This document shows positions 22,728 through 35,263 of a stretch of 64,000 nucleotides of DNA, piece after piece. Within the stretch, counting starts at the first letter, position 1. The number at the start of each line of letters is the position of its first letter. This stretch comes from an uncultured Actinomycetota bacterium. GTDB lineage: Bacteria; Actinomycetota; Actinomycetes; JAHEKZ01. Where the stretch lies: assembly GCA_963743915.1 (NCBI GenBank), contig CAVURN010000002.1, forward strand, positions 352,001 to 416,000, in the 5' to 3' direction. Position numbers and translations under genes: made by a program. Under the pieces are notes generated by a model. The model did no database searches. It was given only the letters and a program-made list of their open reading frames with translations, and had not been told where the DNA came from.

Positions 22728-23933
22728 CTAGTGAGCGGGCAGCCGTTCGACGACGAGGTCCCAGACGCGGTGGGCCAGCGCCGTCTTCGGGCCTCGCTGC
22801 ACCTCGGTCATGCTGCCGTCGCGGCCCAGGATCACCGCGGCGTTGTCGTCCGTGCCGAAGGCGAGCCCGGGGCCCACCTCGTTGACCACGAGCAGGTCGC
22901 ACCCCTTCCGGGCGAGCTTGGCGGCACCGTGCGCACGCCAGTCGGCCACGTCGTCACCGGTCTCGGCCGCGAACCCGACGACCACCTGTCCCTGACCCCG
23001 CGCCGCCACCAGCGCGGCGAGCACGTCGTCGGTGGGCGAGAGCACCATCGTGGGCACCCCCTCGTCCTTCTTGATCTTGTGATCGATGACGTCCGAGGGC
23101 CGGAAGTCGGCCACTGCAGCGGCCATGACGACCGCGTCCGCCGACGGGGCGAGGCCGAGGACTGCATCCTTCAGCTCAGCCGCCGTCTCGACCCGGTGCA
23201 CGGTGGCACCGGCGGGATCGGGAAGGGACACGTTGGCGGCGACGAGCTCCACCCGCGCTCCCCTTGCCACCGCTGCACTGGCGAGCGCGTACCCCTGACG
23301 CCCGCTACTGCGGTTGCCCAGGAACCGCACCGGGTCGACCGGCTCGCGGGTGCCACCCGCCGAGACCACGACGGTGCGACCGATCAGGTCAGGAGCTGCT
23401 GACGGACGGGCGAGCACCTGCTCGGCGACCGCGACGATCGCGTCGGGGTCGGGGAGCCGACCCTTGCCGGAGTCCGCGCCGGTCAGCCGACCCTCGGCCG
23501 GTTCGAGCACCAGGACCCCGCGCTGGCGAAGGGTCGCGACGTTGGCGACCGTGGCGGCCTGCTCCCACATCTCGGTGTGCATCGCCGGCGCCATCACGAC
23601 CGGGCACCGGGCGGTGAGCAGCACGTTGGTCAGCAGGTCGTCGGCGAGTCCGTGCGTCGCCTTCGCGAGCAGGTTGGCGGTCGCCGGGACGACGAGCACG
23701 AGGTCGGCCTCCTGGCCGAGCCGGACGTGTGGGACGGCGTGGGCGTCGGCGAACGGATCAGCGGTGACGGGTTCACCGGAGAGCGCGGCCCAGGTCGGCG
23801 CACCGACGAACTGCAGCGCCGCGGCCGTGGGGACGACCCGGACGCGGTGCCCGGCCTCGGTGAGGCGGCGCAGCACCTCGCAGCCCTTGTACGCCGCTAT
23901 TCCCCCGGAGACCCCGAGGACGATGCGCGCCAT
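22728..23933 (-). CDS. coaBC: Phosphopantothenoylcysteine decarboxylase/ligase
   Basis: [48 protein letters not shown]. Confidence 0.96.
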   Translation of the reverse strand: MARIVLGVSGGIAAYKGCEVLRRLTEAGHRVRVVPTAAALQFVGAPTWAALSGEPVTADPFADAHAVPHVRLGQEADLVLVVPATANLLAKATHGLADDLLTNVLLTARCPVVMAPAMHTEMWEQAATVANVATLRQRGVLVLEPAEGRLTGADSGKGRLPDPDAIVAVAEQVLARPSAAPDLIGRTVVVSAGGTREPVDPVRFLGNRSSGRQGYALASAAVARGARVELVAANVSLPDPAGATVHRVETAAELKDAVLGLAPSADAVVMAAAVADFRPSDVIDHKIKKDEGVPTMVLSPTDDVLAALVAARGQGQVVVGFAAETGDDVADWRAHGAAKLARKGCDLLVVNEVGPGLAFGTDDNAAVILGRDGSMTEVQRGPKTALAHRVWDLVVERLPAH

Positions 23934-23955
23934 GTCGTGGAGGGTGACGCGTCGG

Positions 23956-24267
23956 TCAGGAACCCTTGGCGCCGCCGCCGGACTGGACGCCGTGCTCGTC
24001 GAGGTCACCCTCGACACGCTCGTAGGTGAGCAGGTCGGCGCTGATCTCACGCATCGCGATCGACAGCGGCTTCTCCTGGACGTGGGTGTCGACGAGCGGG
24101 CCGACGTACTCCAGCAGGCCCTCACCGAGCTGGGAGTAGTACGCGTTGATCTGCCGGGCACGCTTGGCCGAGTACAGCACCAGCGCGTACTTCGAGTCGA
24201 CCTTGCTCAACAGGTCGTCGATCGGCGGGTTGGTGATGCCTTCGGGGACGCCGGTGACTCCGGACAC
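23956..24267 (-). CDS. rpoZ: RNA polymerase omega subunit
   Basis: [11 protein letters not shown]...[16 protein letters not shown]...[10 protein letters not shown]. Confidence 0.96.
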   Translation of the reverse strand: MSGVTGVPEGITNPPIDDLLSKVDSKYALVLYSAKRARQINAYYSQLGEGLLEYVGPLVDTHVQEKPLSIAMREISADLLTYERVEGDLDEHGVQSGGGAKGS

Positions 24268-24321
24268 ACGAACTCCTGCAGGTAGGGGGTGGGCAACCGG
24301 GCCGCCTGCGCCGGTGGGCGG

Positions 24322-24918
24322 CTAGACGCTCAGGTCGTTGTCGGACCGCATCAATGCTACCAAGCGCTCGCAGACCTCGTGCACGTCGTTGTTCACCAGC
24401 TGCACGTCGAACTCCGGAGCGGCCGCCAGCTCGACCCGAGCCCGGGCCAGCCGGCGGGCGATGACCAGCTCGTCCTCGGTGCCACGGCCGGTCAGCCGCC
24501 GCGCCAGCACCTCCCACGAGGGCGGGGCCAGGAAGACCAGAAGGGCGTCCGGCATCTCCCTGCGCACCTGGCGGGCGCCTTCGAGCTCGATCTCGAGCAG
24601 CACCGGTTCCTGACGCGCGAGCCGCTCCAGGACGGGGGCCCGCGGTGTGCCGTAGCGGTGGCCGGCGAACTCCGCCCACTCCAGCAGCTCCCCCGCCGAC
24701 ACCGCGGCGTCGAAGGTGGCGTCGTCACAGAAGACGTACTGGATCCCGTCGACCTCCCCGGGTCGCGGGGCGCGGGTGGTCAACGAGACCGACTGCCAGA
24801 TCTCCGGGTGCGTGGCCCTGAGACGTGCCACGACGGTGCTCTTGCCCACACCGGACGGGCCTGACAGCACGGTGAGACGGGACCGCCGGCCGCCGGCGGT
24901 CGGTACGGGGTCGGTCAC
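24322..24918 (-). CDS. gmk: Guanylate kinase
   Basis: [25 protein letters not shown]. Confidence 0.97.
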   Translation of the reverse strand: MTDPVPTAGGRRSRLTVLSGPSGVGKSTVVARLRATHPEIWQSVSLTTRAPRPGEVDGIQYVFCDDATFDAAVSAGELLEWAEFAGHRYGTPRAPVLERLARQEPVLLEIELEGARQVRREMPDALLVFLAPPSWEVLARRLTGRGTEDELVIARRLARARVELAAAPEFDVQLVNNDVHEVCERLVALMRSDNDLSV

Positions 24919-25280
24919 GAGGGGGAAGTGTTCCCCAGTCCGGACGCACCGAGCTCACCGAGCGACGAGGTGCCGAACTCCTTGCGCAGCGCGGCAACCT
25001 GGTTGGTGCCGAGCCCGCGCACTCGTCGGCTCTCGGAGATCCCGATGCGCTCCATCAGCTGGCGGGCCCGGACCTTGCCGACGCCGGGCATCGACTCGAG
25101 CAGCGCCGACACCTTCATCTTGCCGATGATGTCGTCGGTCTTCCCCTGGTCGATGACCTCGAAGAGCGAGGCGCCCGAGTGCTTGAGCCGGTTCTTCACC
25201 TCGGCCCGCACGCGACGGGCCTCGGCGGCTTTCTGTAGCGCCGCCGCGCGCTGCTCGGGTGTCAACGGGGGGAGCGCCAC
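24915..25280 (-). CDS. mihF: Actinobacterial integration host factor
   Basis: [23 protein letters not shown]...[17 protein letters not shown]. Confidence 0.96.
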   Translation of the reverse strand: MALPPLTPEQRAAALQKAAEARRVRAEVKNRLKHSGASLFEVIDQGKTDDIIGKMKVSALLESMPGVGKVRARQLMERIGISESRRVRGLGTNQVAALRKEFGTSSLGELGASGLGNTSPS

Positions 25281-25342
25281 GGTTCGAACCTTTGCTGGAG
25301 CCGGCGGAGCGGCGGCTGCCGCCCCGGAGGGACAGGGCGAAC

Positions 25343-26059
25343 CTAGCGACTCCGGTCCGCGGACGGCAATGTCCTGCAGGATGCCGCGATCGCTGCAGCC
25401 GCAGCCGCCGGGTCGGGTGCCGCGGTGATGGGCCGTCCCACCACCAACAGGTCAGCCCCGTCCGCGAGTGCCTGCTCCGGCGTGGCGACGCGCTGCTGGT
25501 CGGCCAGGTCGGCACCGTGCGGGCGTACGCCCGGGGTCACCAGCAGGACGTCTCTCCCCACCACCTCACGCACGGCGACGACCTCGTGCGGGGAGCACAC
25601 GAGTGCGCGCGCCCCCGCAGCCACCGCGAGCTCGGCGAGCCGCAGCACCGACGACCGTGCATCGCCGAGTCCCATGGCGTCCAGGTCGCGAGGACCGAGG
25701 GACGTCAGGATGGTGACGGCGGCGATCCGAGTGTCCGGAAGGGCCTCTGCGGCCGCAGCCACCATGGCGGCGCCACCGAGTGCGTGGACCGTGAGCAGCT
25801 GCGGTGCAAGGCCCGAGACCGACCGGGCACCTCCCGCCACTGTGGTCGGGATGTCGTGCAGCTTCAAGTCGAGGAAGAGTGCACACCCCGGCGCCCGCTC
25901 GGTCACGGCGCGGACGCCGTCGCCGCCGGAGCGCAGGTAGAACTCCAGCCCGAGCTTGAGGGTGGAGACGTGCGGCGCGACGGCACTCGCCCATCGGGCT
26001 GCCGTCGTCACATCAGGTGCGTCCAGTGCGACGGCGACCGGGGCCGGGGTGGCAGTCAC
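25343..26059 (-). CDS. pyrF: Orotidine-5'-phosphate decarboxylase
   Basis: VALD, FLDLKLHDIPTTV, VTPGVR, VVGRPIT. Confidence 0.96.
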   Translation of the reverse strand: MTATPAPVAVALDAPDVTTAARWASAVAPHVSTLKLGLEFYLRSGGDGVRAVTERAPGCALFLDLKLHDIPTTVAGGARSVSGLAPQLLTVHALGGAAMVAAAAEALPDTRIAAVTILTSLGPRDLDAMGLGDARSSVLRLAELAVAAGARALVCSPHEVVAVREVVGRDVLLVTPGVRPHGADLADQQRVATPEQALADGADLLVVGRPITAAPDPAAAAAAIAASCRTLPSADRSR

Positions 26060-27171
26060 CGTGGCGGCTCCCGGTCCCCTGCCTGGTTCTCCCCTGGCTG
26101 GGTCGCAGACGCATCGGGGGCCGGCGGCTCGGCTGGTGGCGGTTCGGCGGCGGGCGGCTCAGGCGCCGCGGCGGGAGTGGTCACGGCCGTGGGGCGGGGC
26201 CGGTGCGCGTGGCCCACCGCGTCCTCGAACCGGGAGAACCCGCGCGCCGCCACGAGCCGCTGCAGCTCGTCCAGCACCCGCACGGGAGCATGCGGGTCGT
26301 GGAAGACGGTCGTCCCCACCTGGACTGCCGACGCCCCCGCAAGGACGAACTCGAACGCGTCCTGACCCGTGCGGATGCCTCCCATGCCGATGATCGGGAT
26401 GTCGGGCATGGCCTGGTGCACCTGCCACACCGCGCGCACCGCGACCGGCCGGATGGCGGGACCGGACAGGCCACCGGTCACACCGCCGAGATGCGGACGC
26501 ATCGTCTCGGTGTCGATCACGACCCCCAGCAAGGTGTTGATCATCGACAGCCCGTCGGCGCCCGCTTCGACGCACGCCCGGGCGATGGCCACGATGTCGG
26601 TGACGTCAGGGGACAGCTTGGCGAAGACCGGCACGCCGGGCGCGCTGTGGCGTCGCACACCCTCGACGACGAGAGCGCTCGACACGGGGTCGCACGCGAA
26701 GACCTGGCCGCGGTCCTCGACATTGGGGCAGGAGATGTTCACCTCGAGAGCGGTGACCGCCGTCGAGTGCCGCAGCCTCTGTGCCAGCCGCGTGTACTCG
26801 TCCGCCGTGCCGCCGGCGATGGACACCACGACGCGCGCGCCCCGCTGCTCGAGCCAGGGCAGGTCGTGCTCGACGAAACGGTCGATCCCTGGCCCCTGCA
26901 GGCCGATGGAGTTGAGCATGCCGCTCGGTGTCTCGGCCATCCGTGGGGTCGGGCGGCCCGATCGTGGCTGCAGCATGATCGACTTGGTGACCACGGCACC
27001 CAGGGCGGTGATGTCGAAGAACTGGTCGAGCTCGCGTCCGTAGCCTGCGCAGCCCGAGGCAGTCATCACCGGATTCGGCAGGGTCGTGGTCATCAGTCGG
27101 GTGGACATGTCGACGTCCGGCAGCGGCACCTCCGTCTCGGCGGGGGCGATGACCCGGGTCAGGCGCGTCAT
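26056..27171 (-). CDS. pyrD: Dihydroorotate dehydrogenase B, catalytic subunit
   Basis: NPVMTASG, GMLNSIGLQGPG, EVNISCPNV, GGLSGPAIRP. Confidence 0.93.
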   Translation of the reverse strand: MTRLTRVIAPAETEVPLPDVDMSTRLMTTTLPNPVMTASGCAGYGRELDQFFDITALGAVVTKSIMLQPRSGRPTPRMAETPSGMLNSIGLQGPGIDRFVEHDLPWLEQRGARVVVSIAGGTADEYTRLAQRLRHSTAVTALEVNISCPNVEDRGQVFACDPVSSALVVEGVRRHSAPGVPVFAKLSPDVTDIVAIARACVEAGADGLSMINTLLGVVIDTETMRPHLGGVTGGLSGPAIRPVAVRAVWQVHQAMPDIPIIGMGGIRTGQDAFEFVLAGASAVQVGTTVFHDPHAPVRVLDELQRLVAARGFSRFEDAVGHAHRPRPTAVTTPAAAPEPPAAEPPPAEPPAPDASATQPGENQAGDREPPR

Positions 27172-28031
27172 CAGTGACCTCCTCCGGTCGGGGCGCCCCA
27201 GGTGTCCGCGGGCACCGTGCCGACGGCGTCCCACCGCACGCGGTCGCCGCGGAAGACCGGTCCGTCGACGCACGAGCGCACCATGCGGGTGACCCCGTCG
27301 TCACCGACGACCGGCAGCACGCAGGTCATGCAGACCCCGATGCCGCACGCCATCGCCTCCTCGACCGCGCACTGCGAGTGCGCCCCGAAGCGGGACGCGA
27401 GATCGGCGACCGCCGCCAGCATCCCCATCGGGCCGCAGGCGTAGATGACGTCGGCATCGGTTCGGCGGAGCAGTCCGGGCAGGACGTCGGTGACCCGCCC
27501 GCGATCCCCCAGCGAGCCGTCCTCGGTCGTCACCACCACCGACTGGGCCATCCGTTTGGCCTCGAGCACGCCGAAGAGGCGACTCTCGGTCGCCGCGCCG
27601 AGGACGAAGTCGACCCGGCAGCCACGCTCACGCAGCTGCTCGGCGAGCGAGAAGAGCGGGGCGCTGCCGTACCCGCCCCCGACCAAGGTGCACGTGACCG
27701 GCTCCTTGGGCAGGGCGAACGGCTTGCCCACGGGTCCCACGACGTCGAGCGCGTCGTGCTGCCGGACCCTCGACAGCCAACGGGTGCCCCTGCCGTGCTC
27801 GGCCACCACGATCTCGACGGTGCCGCCGTACACGCCGCGGTCCTGGGTGCGGTAGACCGAGAAGGCGCGGCGCAGCAGCATGGACGTTTCCTCGCCGCCC
27901 ACCGCCAGCGCGACGAAGTGGCCCGGCCTCACCTGCTCGGCGACGCCTGGCGCCACCAGGGTCAGCTGGTGGTAGTCACCGGCACGGCGGATGCTGAGCA
28001 CCTCACCACGGACCTGCACGGGGCTCATCAA
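27171..28031 (-). CDS. pyrK: Dihydroorotate dehydrogenase electron transfer subunit
   Basis: [29 protein letters not shown]...C [2Fe-2S] motif. Confidence 0.92.
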   Translation of the reverse strand: MMSPVQVRGEVLSIRRAGDYHQLTLVAPGVAEQVRPGHFVALAVGGEETSMLLRRAFSVYRTQDRGVYGGTVEIVVAEHGRGTRWLSRVRQHDALDVVGPVGKPFALPKEPVTCTLVGGGYGSAPLFSLAEQLRERGCRVDFVLGAATESRLFGVLEAKRMAQSVVVTTEDGSLGDRGRVTDVLPGLLRRTDADVIYACGPMGMLAAVADLASRFGAHSQCAVEEAMACGIGVCMTCVLPVVGDDGVTRMVRSCVDGPVFRGDRVRWDAVGTVPADTWGAPTGGGH

Positions 28032-31000
28032 GCGTCTCCTCGGGCTGCGGTGAGGTGTGCCGCGTGCTCCTGGAGCGACCGCACCCCCACCTCGTCACGG
28101 ATCAGCGCCTCGATGCCCTGCACCGCGGCGGCCAGGCCCTGGACCGTGGTGATGCAGGGCACTCCCTTGGCCACCGCTGCAGAGCGGATCTCGTACCCGT
28201 CGAGACGGGCACCTACGCCGTAGGGCGTGTTGACGATGATGTCGATCGTCCCGTCGAGGATGAGCGACAGCGTGTCCTGCTCCCCGCCGGACTCGAAGTG
28301 CTTGCGAAGGACAGTGGCCGGCACGCCGTTCCGTCGCAGCACCTCGGCGGTCCCGGCCGTCGCCACGATCTCGAAACCGAGGTCGTGCAGACGCTTGACG
28401 GGGAAGATCATGGACCGCTTGTCCCGGTTGGCCACGGACACGAACGCGGTGCCGCTGGTGGGGAGTCCGCCGGCGTACGCGGCCATCTGCGACTTGGCAT
28501 AGGCCGTGCCGAACAGTGCATCGATGCCCATCACCTCGCCGGTCGACTTCATCTCCGGGCCGAGAACCGTGTCGACGCCGTGGAACCGCCCGAAGGGGAG
28601 CACCGCCTCCTTGACGGCGATCGCGGTGTCCATGGGCAAGGTGCCGCCGTCACCCTCGGCGGGCAGCATGCCCTCGGCGCGCAGCTCGGCGATCGTCGCT
28701 CCCATCGTGACGCGCGCTGCCGCCTTCGCGATCGGTGTGGCGGTCGCCTTCGACACGAAGGGCACGGTGCGGGACGCCCGCGGGTTGGCCTCGAGCACGT
28801 ACAGGACGTCCGACGCCTGGGCGTACTGCACGTTGAGCAGCCCGTGCACACCGACCCCTGCGGCGATGGCCTCGGTGGCTAAGCGGATCCGCTCGATGTC
28901 AGCGCGCCCGAGTGTCATCGGCGGCAGTGCGCACGCCGAGTCACCCGAGTGGATCCCGGCCTCCTCGATGTGCTCCATCACGCCGGCGAGGAAGAGCTCC
29001 TCACCGTCGTAGAGCGCATCCACGTCGATCTCGACGGCGTCGTCGAGGAAGCGGTCGACCAGAACCGGGTGCTCCGGACTGACCTGTGTGGCGCGCCCGA
29101 TGTAGTCGCGCAGCATGTCGTCGTCGTACACGATCTCCATGCCACGTCCACCGAGCACGTACGACGGTCGGACCAGTACGGGGAAGCCGATCTCGTCGGC
29201 GATCTCCTTGGCTTCGTCGAACGACATCGCCATGCCGTGCTTGGGAGCGATCAGGCCCGCATTCGCGAGCACCTTGCCGAAGGCACCGCGCTCCTCCGCG
29301 AGGTGGATGGCCTCCGGGCTCGTGCCGACCACCGGGACCCCGGCGTCCTTCAGCCGCTGCGCCAGGCCCAGCGGGGTCTGCCCACCGAGCTGCACGATGA
29401 CACCGGCCACCGGTCCGGCCTGCTGCTCGGCGTGCACCACCTCGAGGACGTCCTCGAGAGTGAGCGGCTCGAAGTACAGACGGTCGCTGGTGTCGTAGTC
29501 GGTAGAGACCGTTTCGGGGTTGCAGTTCACCATCACCGTCTCGTAGCCGGCCTCACGGAGCGTCAGCGCCGCGTGCACGCACGAGTAGTCGAACTCGATG
29601 CCCTGGCCGATCCGGTTGGGCCCCGAGCCGAGGATGACGACGGCGGGCTTCTGGCGCGGCCGAACCTCGGACTCCTCGTCGTACGAGGAGTAGTGGTACG
29701 GCGTGTGCGCGGCGAACTCGGCGGCGCAGGTGTCGACCGTCTTGTAGACCGGTCGGATCCCCAGCGCCTGACGGAGCTGTCGCGCGACGTCATCGGAGAT
29801 TCCGCGAAGCTCGGCCACCTGCTGGTCGGAGAAGCCGTGGCGCTTGGCGCGCCGCAGCAGAGAAGGGTCGAGGTCGGTGGCGGCGCGCAGCTCGGCGGCG
29901 ATCTCGTTGATGAGCGCGATCTGGTCGAGGAACCAGGGATCGATCCCGGTCACCTCGTACATCTGGTCGACGGTGGCGCCATGCCAGAGTGCGCGCTGCA
30001 CGACGGTGATGCGTCCGTCGTGCGGACGCCGCGCCTGCTCGACGAGCGCATCGAGGTCGACCTCGCCGGCAGGGGCGGTCCACGAGAAGGAGGCGTCCGG
30101 CTTCTCGACCGAGCGCAGCGCCTTCTGCAACGCCTCGGGGATGTTCCGTCCGATGGCCATCGCCTCGCCGACACTCTTCATGTGCGTGGTGAGCGTGGGG
30201 TCGGCCGAGGGGAACTTCTCGAAGGCGAAGCGTGGAACCTTCACGACCACGTAGTCCAGAGCCGGCTCGAACGACGCCGGCGTCTGCGTCGTGATGTCGT
30301 TCGGCACCTCGTCCAGGGTGTAGCCGATCGCGAGGCGCGCCGCGATCTTGGCGATCGGGAAACCGGTCGCCTTGCTGGCCAGTGCGCTCGAGCGGGAGAC
30401 CCGCGGGTTCATCTCGATGACCACGAGCCGGCCGTCGACAGGGTTGACGGCGAACTGGATGTTGCAGCCACCGGTGTCGACCCCGACCGCGCGGATGATG
30501 GCGATGCCGACGTCGCGCATGTGCTGGTACTCGCGGTCGGTCAGCGTCATCGCCGGGGCCACGGTGATGGAGTCGCCGGTGTGGACACCCATCGGGTCGA
30601 GGTTCTCGATCGAGCAGATGACCACGACGTTGTCGTTCCGGTCGCGCATCAGCTCGAGCTCATACTCCTTCCAGCCGATGATCGACTCCTCCAGGAGCAC
30701 CTCTGTCGTGGGGCTCGCCTGCAACCCCTCACCGGCGATCCGGCGCAGGTCCGTCTCGTCGTAGGCCATGCCGGAGCCGGCACCGCCCATCGTGAAGGAC
30801 GGCCGGACCACGACCGGGTAGCCGAGGTCGTCGACGGCCGCCAGGCACTCGTCCATCGAGTGGCAGATGGCCGACCGCGCCACCTCCGCTCCGACCTCGT
30901 TCACGATCGCCTTGAACATCTGCCGGTTCTCACCGCGCTGGATCGCCTCGACGTCCGCGCCGATCAGCTCGACGTCGTACTTCTCCAGGACCCCGGAGTC

Positions 31001-31309
31001 GTGCAGCGCGATGGCCGCGTTGAGGGCGGTCTGCCCGCCCAGCGTCGGCAGCAGGGCGTCCGGGCGCTCCTTGGCGATGATCTTCTCGATGATGTCCGGG
31101 GTGATGGGCTCGACGTACGTGGCGTCCGCGAACTCCGGGTCGGTCATGATCGTGGCGGGGTTGCTGTTGACCAGGATCACCCGCAGGCCCTCGGCGCGGA
31201 GGACGCGGCAGGCCTGGGTCCCTGAGTAGTCGAACTCGGCCGCCTGACCGATCACGATCGGCCCCGACCCGATGACCATCACCGACTGCAGGTCGTCACG
31301 CCGCGGCAT
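28028..31309 (-). CDS. carB: Carbamoyl-phosphate synthase large subunit
   Basis: 1093 aa; [47 protein letters not shown]. Confidence 0.98.
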   Translation of the reverse strand: MPRRDDLQSVMVIGSGPIVIGQAAEFDYSGTQACRVLRAEGLRVILVNSNPATIMTDPEFADATYVEPITPDIIEKIIAKERPDALLPTLGGQTALNAAIALHDSGVLEKYDVELIGADVEAIQRGENRQMFKAIVNEVGAEVARSAICHSMDECLAAVDDLGYPVVVRPSFTMGGAGSGMAYDETDLRRIAGEGLQASPTTEVLLEESIIGWKEYELELMRDRNDNVVVICSIENLDPMGVHTGDSITVAPAMTLTDREYQHMRDVGIAIIRAVGVDTGGCNIQFAVNPVDGRLVVIEMNPRVSRSSALASKATGFPIAKIAARLAIGYTLDEVPNDITTQTPASFEPALDYVVVKVPRFAFEKFPSADPTLTTHMKSVGEAMAIGRNIPEALQKALRSVEKPDASFSWTAPAGEVDLDALVEQARRPHDGRITVVQRALWHGATVDQMYEVTGIDPWFLDQIALINEIAAELRAATDLDPSLLRRAKRHGFSDQQVAELRGISDDVARQLRQALGIRPVYKTVDTCAAEFAAHTPYHYSSYDEESEVRPRQKPAVVILGSGPNRIGQGIEFDYSCVHAALTLREAGYETVMVNCNPETVSTDYDTSDRLYFEPLTLEDVLEVVHAEQQAGPVAGVIVQLGGQTPLGLAQRLKDAGVPVVGTSPEAIHLAEERGAFGKVLANAGLIAPKHGMAMSFDEAKEIADEIGFPVLVRPSYVLGGRGMEIVYDDDMLRDYIGRATQVSPEHPVLVDRFLDDAVEIDVDALYDGEELFLAGVMEHIEEAGIHSGDSACALPPMTLGRADIERIRLATEAIAAGVGVHGLLNVQYAQASDVLYVLEANPRASRTVPFVSKATATPIAKAAARVTMGATIAELRAEGMLPAEGDGGTLPMDTAIAVKEAVLPFGRFHGVDTVLGPEMKSTGEVMGIDALFGTAYAKSQMAAYAGGLPTSGTAFVSVANRDKRSMIFPVKRLHDLGFEIVATAGTAEVLRRNGVPATVLRKHFESGGEQDTLSLILDGTIDIIVNTPYGVGARLDGYEIRSAAVAKGVPCITTVQGLAAAVQGIEALIRDEVGVRSLQEHAAHLTAARGDA

Positions 31310-32448
31310 CAGCGGACCTCCCCGTGAGGCGCCGGGTGCTCTTCCGGGGCCAGCATGAGGTCGACGAACCGGTCGAACAGGTAGGCGGAGTCGTGCGGCC
31401 CGGCGGCCGCCTCCGGGTGGTACTGGACGCTGAAGGCCGGGGTGTCGAGCAGCCGGAGGCCTTCGACCACGTCGTCGTTGAGACAGACGTGGCTGACCTC
31501 GGCACGCCCGAAGGGGGTGTCGGAGACGCCGCCGAGCGGGGCGTCCACGGCGAACCCGTGGTTGTGGGCGCTGATCTCGACCTTGCCCGTCGCACGGTCC
31601 TGCACCGGTTGGTTGATGCCGCGGTGCCCGTACTTCAGCTTGTAGGTGCCGAATCCGAGCGCCCGCCCCAGCACCTGGTTGCCGAAGCAGATGCCGAAGG
31701 TCGGGATCCGCCGCCCGAGGACCTCGCGCATCAGGGCCACGGCGGCGTCCGCGGTGGCCGGGTCGCCCGGGCCGTTGCTGAAGAACACGCCGTCCGCTCC
31801 GATGGCGACGATGTCGTCGACCGTGGCGGAGGCGGGGAGCACGTGCACGTCGATCCCGCGCGCGGCCATCAGGCGCGGCGTCATGGCCTTGATGCCGAGG
31901 TCGATGGCCGCGACGGTCAGCCTCGCGTCGCCGAGGGCGGGCACGACGTAGGGATCGGCCGTGCTGACGTCGGCGGTGAGGTCGGCCCCGGCCATGTCGG
32001 GACTGGTCCGGACCTTCTGCAGCAAGGACTCCACGTCGGTCTCGGTGGAGATGCCGACCCGCATCGCTCCTTGCTCACGGAGATGCCGGGTCAGCGCGCG
32101 GGTGTCGATCCCGGAGATGCCCACGACGCCCTGCTCGGCGAGGCGCTCGTCCAGCGACCGCGTCGAGCGCCAGCTCGACCGCGTCCGCGAGGGGTCGCGG
32201 ACCACGTAGCCGCTGACCCAGATGCGACGCGACTCGTCGTCCTCGTCGTTCACCCCGGTGTTGCCGATGTGCGGCGCTGTCTGGACGACCACCTGCCGGT
32301 GGTACGACGGGTCCGTCAACGTCTCCTGGTAGCCGGTCATGGCAGTGCAGAAGACCGCCTCGCCGAAGGTCTCGCCGGGGGCACCGAACGACTCCCCCTC
32401 GAAGACGCGGCCGTCCTCGAGCACGAGCAGGGCGGAAGTGGCGCTCAT
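31309..32448 (-). CDS. carA: Carbamoyl-phosphate synthase small subunit
   Basis: [29 protein letters not shown]. Confidence 0.98.
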   Translation of the reverse strand: MSATSALLVLEDGRVFEGESFGAPGETFGEAVFCTAMTGYQETLTDPSYHRQVVVQTAPHIGNTGVNDEDDESRRIWVSGYVVRDPSRTRSSWRSTRSLDERLAEQGVVGISGIDTRALTRHLREQGAMRVGISTETDVESLLQKVRTSPDMAGADLTADVSTADPYVVPALGDARLTVAAIDLGIKAMTPRLMAARGIDVHVLPASATVDDIVAIGADGVFFSNGPGDPATADAAVALMREVLGRRIPTFGICFGNQVLGRALGFGTYKLKYGHRGINQPVQDRATGKVEISAHNHGFAVDAPLGGVSDTPFGRAEVSHVCLNDDVVEGLRLLDTPAFSVQYHPEAAAGPHDSAYLFDRFVDLMLAPEEHPAPHGEVR

Positions 32449-32981
32449 CGGATCGCTCCCGTCGCCGAGCGCCGCACGTCCTCGGCGGCCGCTGCGTCCC
32501 GCACCCGCAGGCCGGTCTCGAGGGTGGCCGCGTCGTGGCGCCAGGTGAGCACGAGCACGCCGCCGGACTCGTAGACCTTGCCGGCGTGCCCCCGGTCATG
32601 GCGGGCCTCGACCAGGCGGTCCGCGGGGATGAAGAGGTCGGGCGCACCGGTGCGGAGGCACCACACCCCGTCCGCACCAACCGCGACCTGTGCCGCGCTG
32701 GGCACACCGAGACCCTGGACCACCACGCGGTCCAGCCAGTCCCCTGCCCGCGTGGTGCCCAGGTACCGCGCCGGGACGCCGGAGACCATCAAGCCCTGCT
32801 GGGGCAAGGGCGGGACGGGGGGCAGGGGGGCGATGTCCTGCTGCCGACGTCCGCGTCGGACCCAGCCCAGACGCATCAGGCCGATCACGGCCAGCAGCAG
32901 CAGCGCCAGCAGAGCAGTCAGCAGCAGCCGCTCGGGCCAGTCGGTGACCGGAGCGGAGGCGAGCACGTCGACCGCGGTCAT
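32445..32981 (-). CDS. Conserved membrane-anchored protein of the actinobacterial pyr operon
   Basis: One TM helix; [14 protein letters not shown]; typical position between pyrC and carA. Confidence 0.8.
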   Translation of the reverse strand: MTAVDVLASAPVTDWPERLLLTALLALLLLAVIGLMRLGWVRRGRRQQDIAPLPPVPPLPQQGLMVSGVPARYLGTTRAGDWLDRVVVQGLGVPSAAQVAVGADGVWCLRTGAPDLFIPADRLVEARHDRGHAGKVYESGGVLVLTWRHDAATLETGLRVRDAAAAEDVRRSATGAIR

Positions 32982-34291
32982 GCGACCACCGCACCGTCAC
33001 GCGCGGTGAGACGCCCTCGCAGGAACGTCGCGACCGGCCGCGCCGACAGCTCGGTGCCGGCGAACGGCGTGTTGCGGCTGCGGGACACCAGGGCGGTGGC
33101 GTCCACGGTGTAGCGGGTCGACGGGTCGACGAGCACGAGGTTGGCCGGCTCCCCCGCGGCGATCGGGCGCCCGTGCCCGGAGAGGCGACCGATCTGCGCG
33201 GGGCGGACCGCCATCCGGTCGGCGACGCCGGCCCAGTCGAGCAGACCGGTGTCGACCATGGCGGCGGCGACGACGCCGAGCGCCGTCTCGAGGCCGACCA
33301 TCCCCATGGCCGCCGCCGCCCACTCGCAGTCCTTGTCCTCCAGGCTGTGCGGCGCGTGATCGGTCGCGACGGCATCGATCGTGCCGTCGGCCAGACCCTC
33401 GCGCAGCGCGTCGACGTCCTGCTGCGTGCGCAGCGGCGGGTTGACCTTGTAGCGCGGGTCGTAGCTGCGGACGAGCTCCTCGGTGAGGAAGAGGTGGTGG
33501 GGTGTCACCTCCGCGGTGACGTTGATGCCCTTGCCCTTCGCCCAGCGCAGGATCTCGACCGACCCCGCGGTCGAGACGTGGCAGACGTGCAGACGGGAGC
33601 CCACGTGCCCCGCCAGCAGGACGTCGCGGGCGATGATCGACTCCTCGGCGACCGCCGGCCACCCACGGAGGCCGAGCACCCCCGACACCGGACCCTCGTT
33701 CATCTGCGCGCCTTCGGTGAGGCGCGGTTCCTGCGCATGCTGGGCCACGACCCCGTCGAACGCCTTGACGTACTCCAGGGCGCGCCTCATCAGCACCGCG
33801 TCGGACACGCAGTGGCCGTCGTCGGAGAACACCCGGACGCGGGCGGCCGACTCGGCCATGGCTCCGAGCTCGGCGAGCTCGCTGCCCGCCAGGTCCACGG
33901 TGACGGCTCCCACCGGGTGGACGTCGCAGAGGCCGGCGCGGCGTCCGAGGTGCCACACCTGCTCCACGACACCCGCGGTGTCGGCCACCGGGTCGGTGTT
34001 GGCCATCGCGTGCACGGCGGTGAAGCCCCCGACGGCTGCCGCGGCGGAGCCGGAGGCCACCGTCTCGGCGTCCTCCCGACCGGGCTCGCGCAGATGGGTG
34101 TGGAGGTCGACCAGGCCCGGCAGCGCCACGAGCCCGGACGCATCGAGGATCTCGGCGTCGGCGTCGGAGAGCCCGGTGCCCACCTCGGCGACGACGCCGT
34201 CGGCCACGAGCACGTCGCGCGGCGCGCCCCCGAGGACGGACGCGCCCTTGACCAGGTAGCGCCTGGGCTGCTGGTCGTCGCTGGTCGGCAT
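32978..34291 (-). CDS. pyrC: Dihydroorotase
   Basis: PGLVDLHTHLREPG, EVTPHHL, KVNPPLR, ATDHAPH. Confidence 0.96.
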   Translation of the reverse strand: MPTSDDQQPRRYLVKGASVLGGAPRDVLVADGVVAEVGTGLSDADAEILDASGLVALPGLVDLHTHLREPGREDAETVASGSAAAAVGGFTAVHAMANTDPVADTAGVVEQVWHLGRRAGLCDVHPVGAVTVDLAGSELAELGAMAESAARVRVFSDDGHCVSDAVLMRRALEYVKAFDGVVAQHAQEPRLTEGAQMNEGPVSGVLGLRGWPAVAEESIIARDVLLAGHVGSRLHVCHVSTAGSVEILRWAKGKGINVTAEVTPHHLFLTEELVRSYDPRYKVNPPLRTQQDVDALREGLADGTIDAVATDHAPHSLEDKDCEWAAAAMGMVGLETALGVVAAAMVDTGLLDWAGVADRMAVRPAQIGRLSGHGRPIAAGEPANLVLVDPSTRYTVDATALVSRSRNTPFAGTELSARPVATFLRGRLTARDGAVVA

Positions 34292-35263
34292 CACTCGTCA
34301 CCGTCCACTGTCGGACCGCTCACTGTCGGACCGCCCAGAGCAGAGTCGCTGCCACCCAGCAGCAGGTAGAGCACCGCCATGCGCACACTGACTCCGTTCG
34401 TCACCTGTTCGACGATCACTGAGCGGGTGGAGTCGGCCACCTCCGCGGTGATCTCCAGCCCGCGGTTCATGGGGCCGGGGTGCATGACGATGGCGTGCTC
34501 CGGCAACCGCGCCATCCGGTCGGCGTCCAGGCCGTACCGCCGCGAGTACTCGCGGGCGCTCGGGAAGAACGCCGCGTCCATGCGCTCGCGCTGGACGCGC
34601 AGCATCATGACCGCATCGGCGTCCCCGAGCACGGCATCGAGGTCGTAGGAGTGGTCGCACGGCCAGCCCGACACACCCACCGGCAGCAGCGTCGGCGGGG
34701 CCACCAGCGTGACCTTCGCACCGAGGGTGGACAGCAGCAGCACGTTGGAGCGCGCGACGCGGCTGTGCAGCACGTCACCGACCACGACGATCGAGCGTCC
34801 CTCGAGGGTGGTGAGGTGTCGACGCATGGTGAAGGCGTCCAGCAGCGCCTGCGTCGGGTGCTCATGCGTCCCGTCCCCCGCGTTGACGACCGAGCCGCCG
34901 ATCCATCCAGAGTGGGCCAAGGTGTGCGGCGCACCGCTCGCGCCGTGGCGGATCACGACCGCGTCAGCACCCATCGCCTCGAGGGTGAGCGCGGTGTCCT
35001 TCAGGCTCTCCCCCTTGGAGACGCTGGAGCCCTTGGCGCTGAAGTTGATGACATCGGCGGACAGCCGCTTGGCCGCGGCCTCGAACGAGATGCGGGTCCG
35101 GGTGGAGTCCTCGAAGAAGAGGTTGACGACGGTGCGCCCCCGCAGCGTCGGCAGCTTCTTGACCGGGCGGTCCGCGAGCGCGGGCGAGCTCGTCGGCGGT
35201 GTCGAGGATGAGGGTGGCGTCGTCGAGGGACAGGTCGCCGGCGGACAGCAGGTGACGGGTCAT
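34291..35263 (-). CDS. pyrB: Aspartate carbamoyltransferase (frameshift ~35175)
   Basis: MTRHLLS...; [11 protein letters not shown] in the shifted frame; [18 protein letters not shown]. Confidence 0.93.

Noticed and set aside
34306-34334. 15-bp duplication CACTGTCGGACCGC
   Set aside because: In-frame slippage in the variable PyrB tail (GPTVSGPTV); likely neutral.
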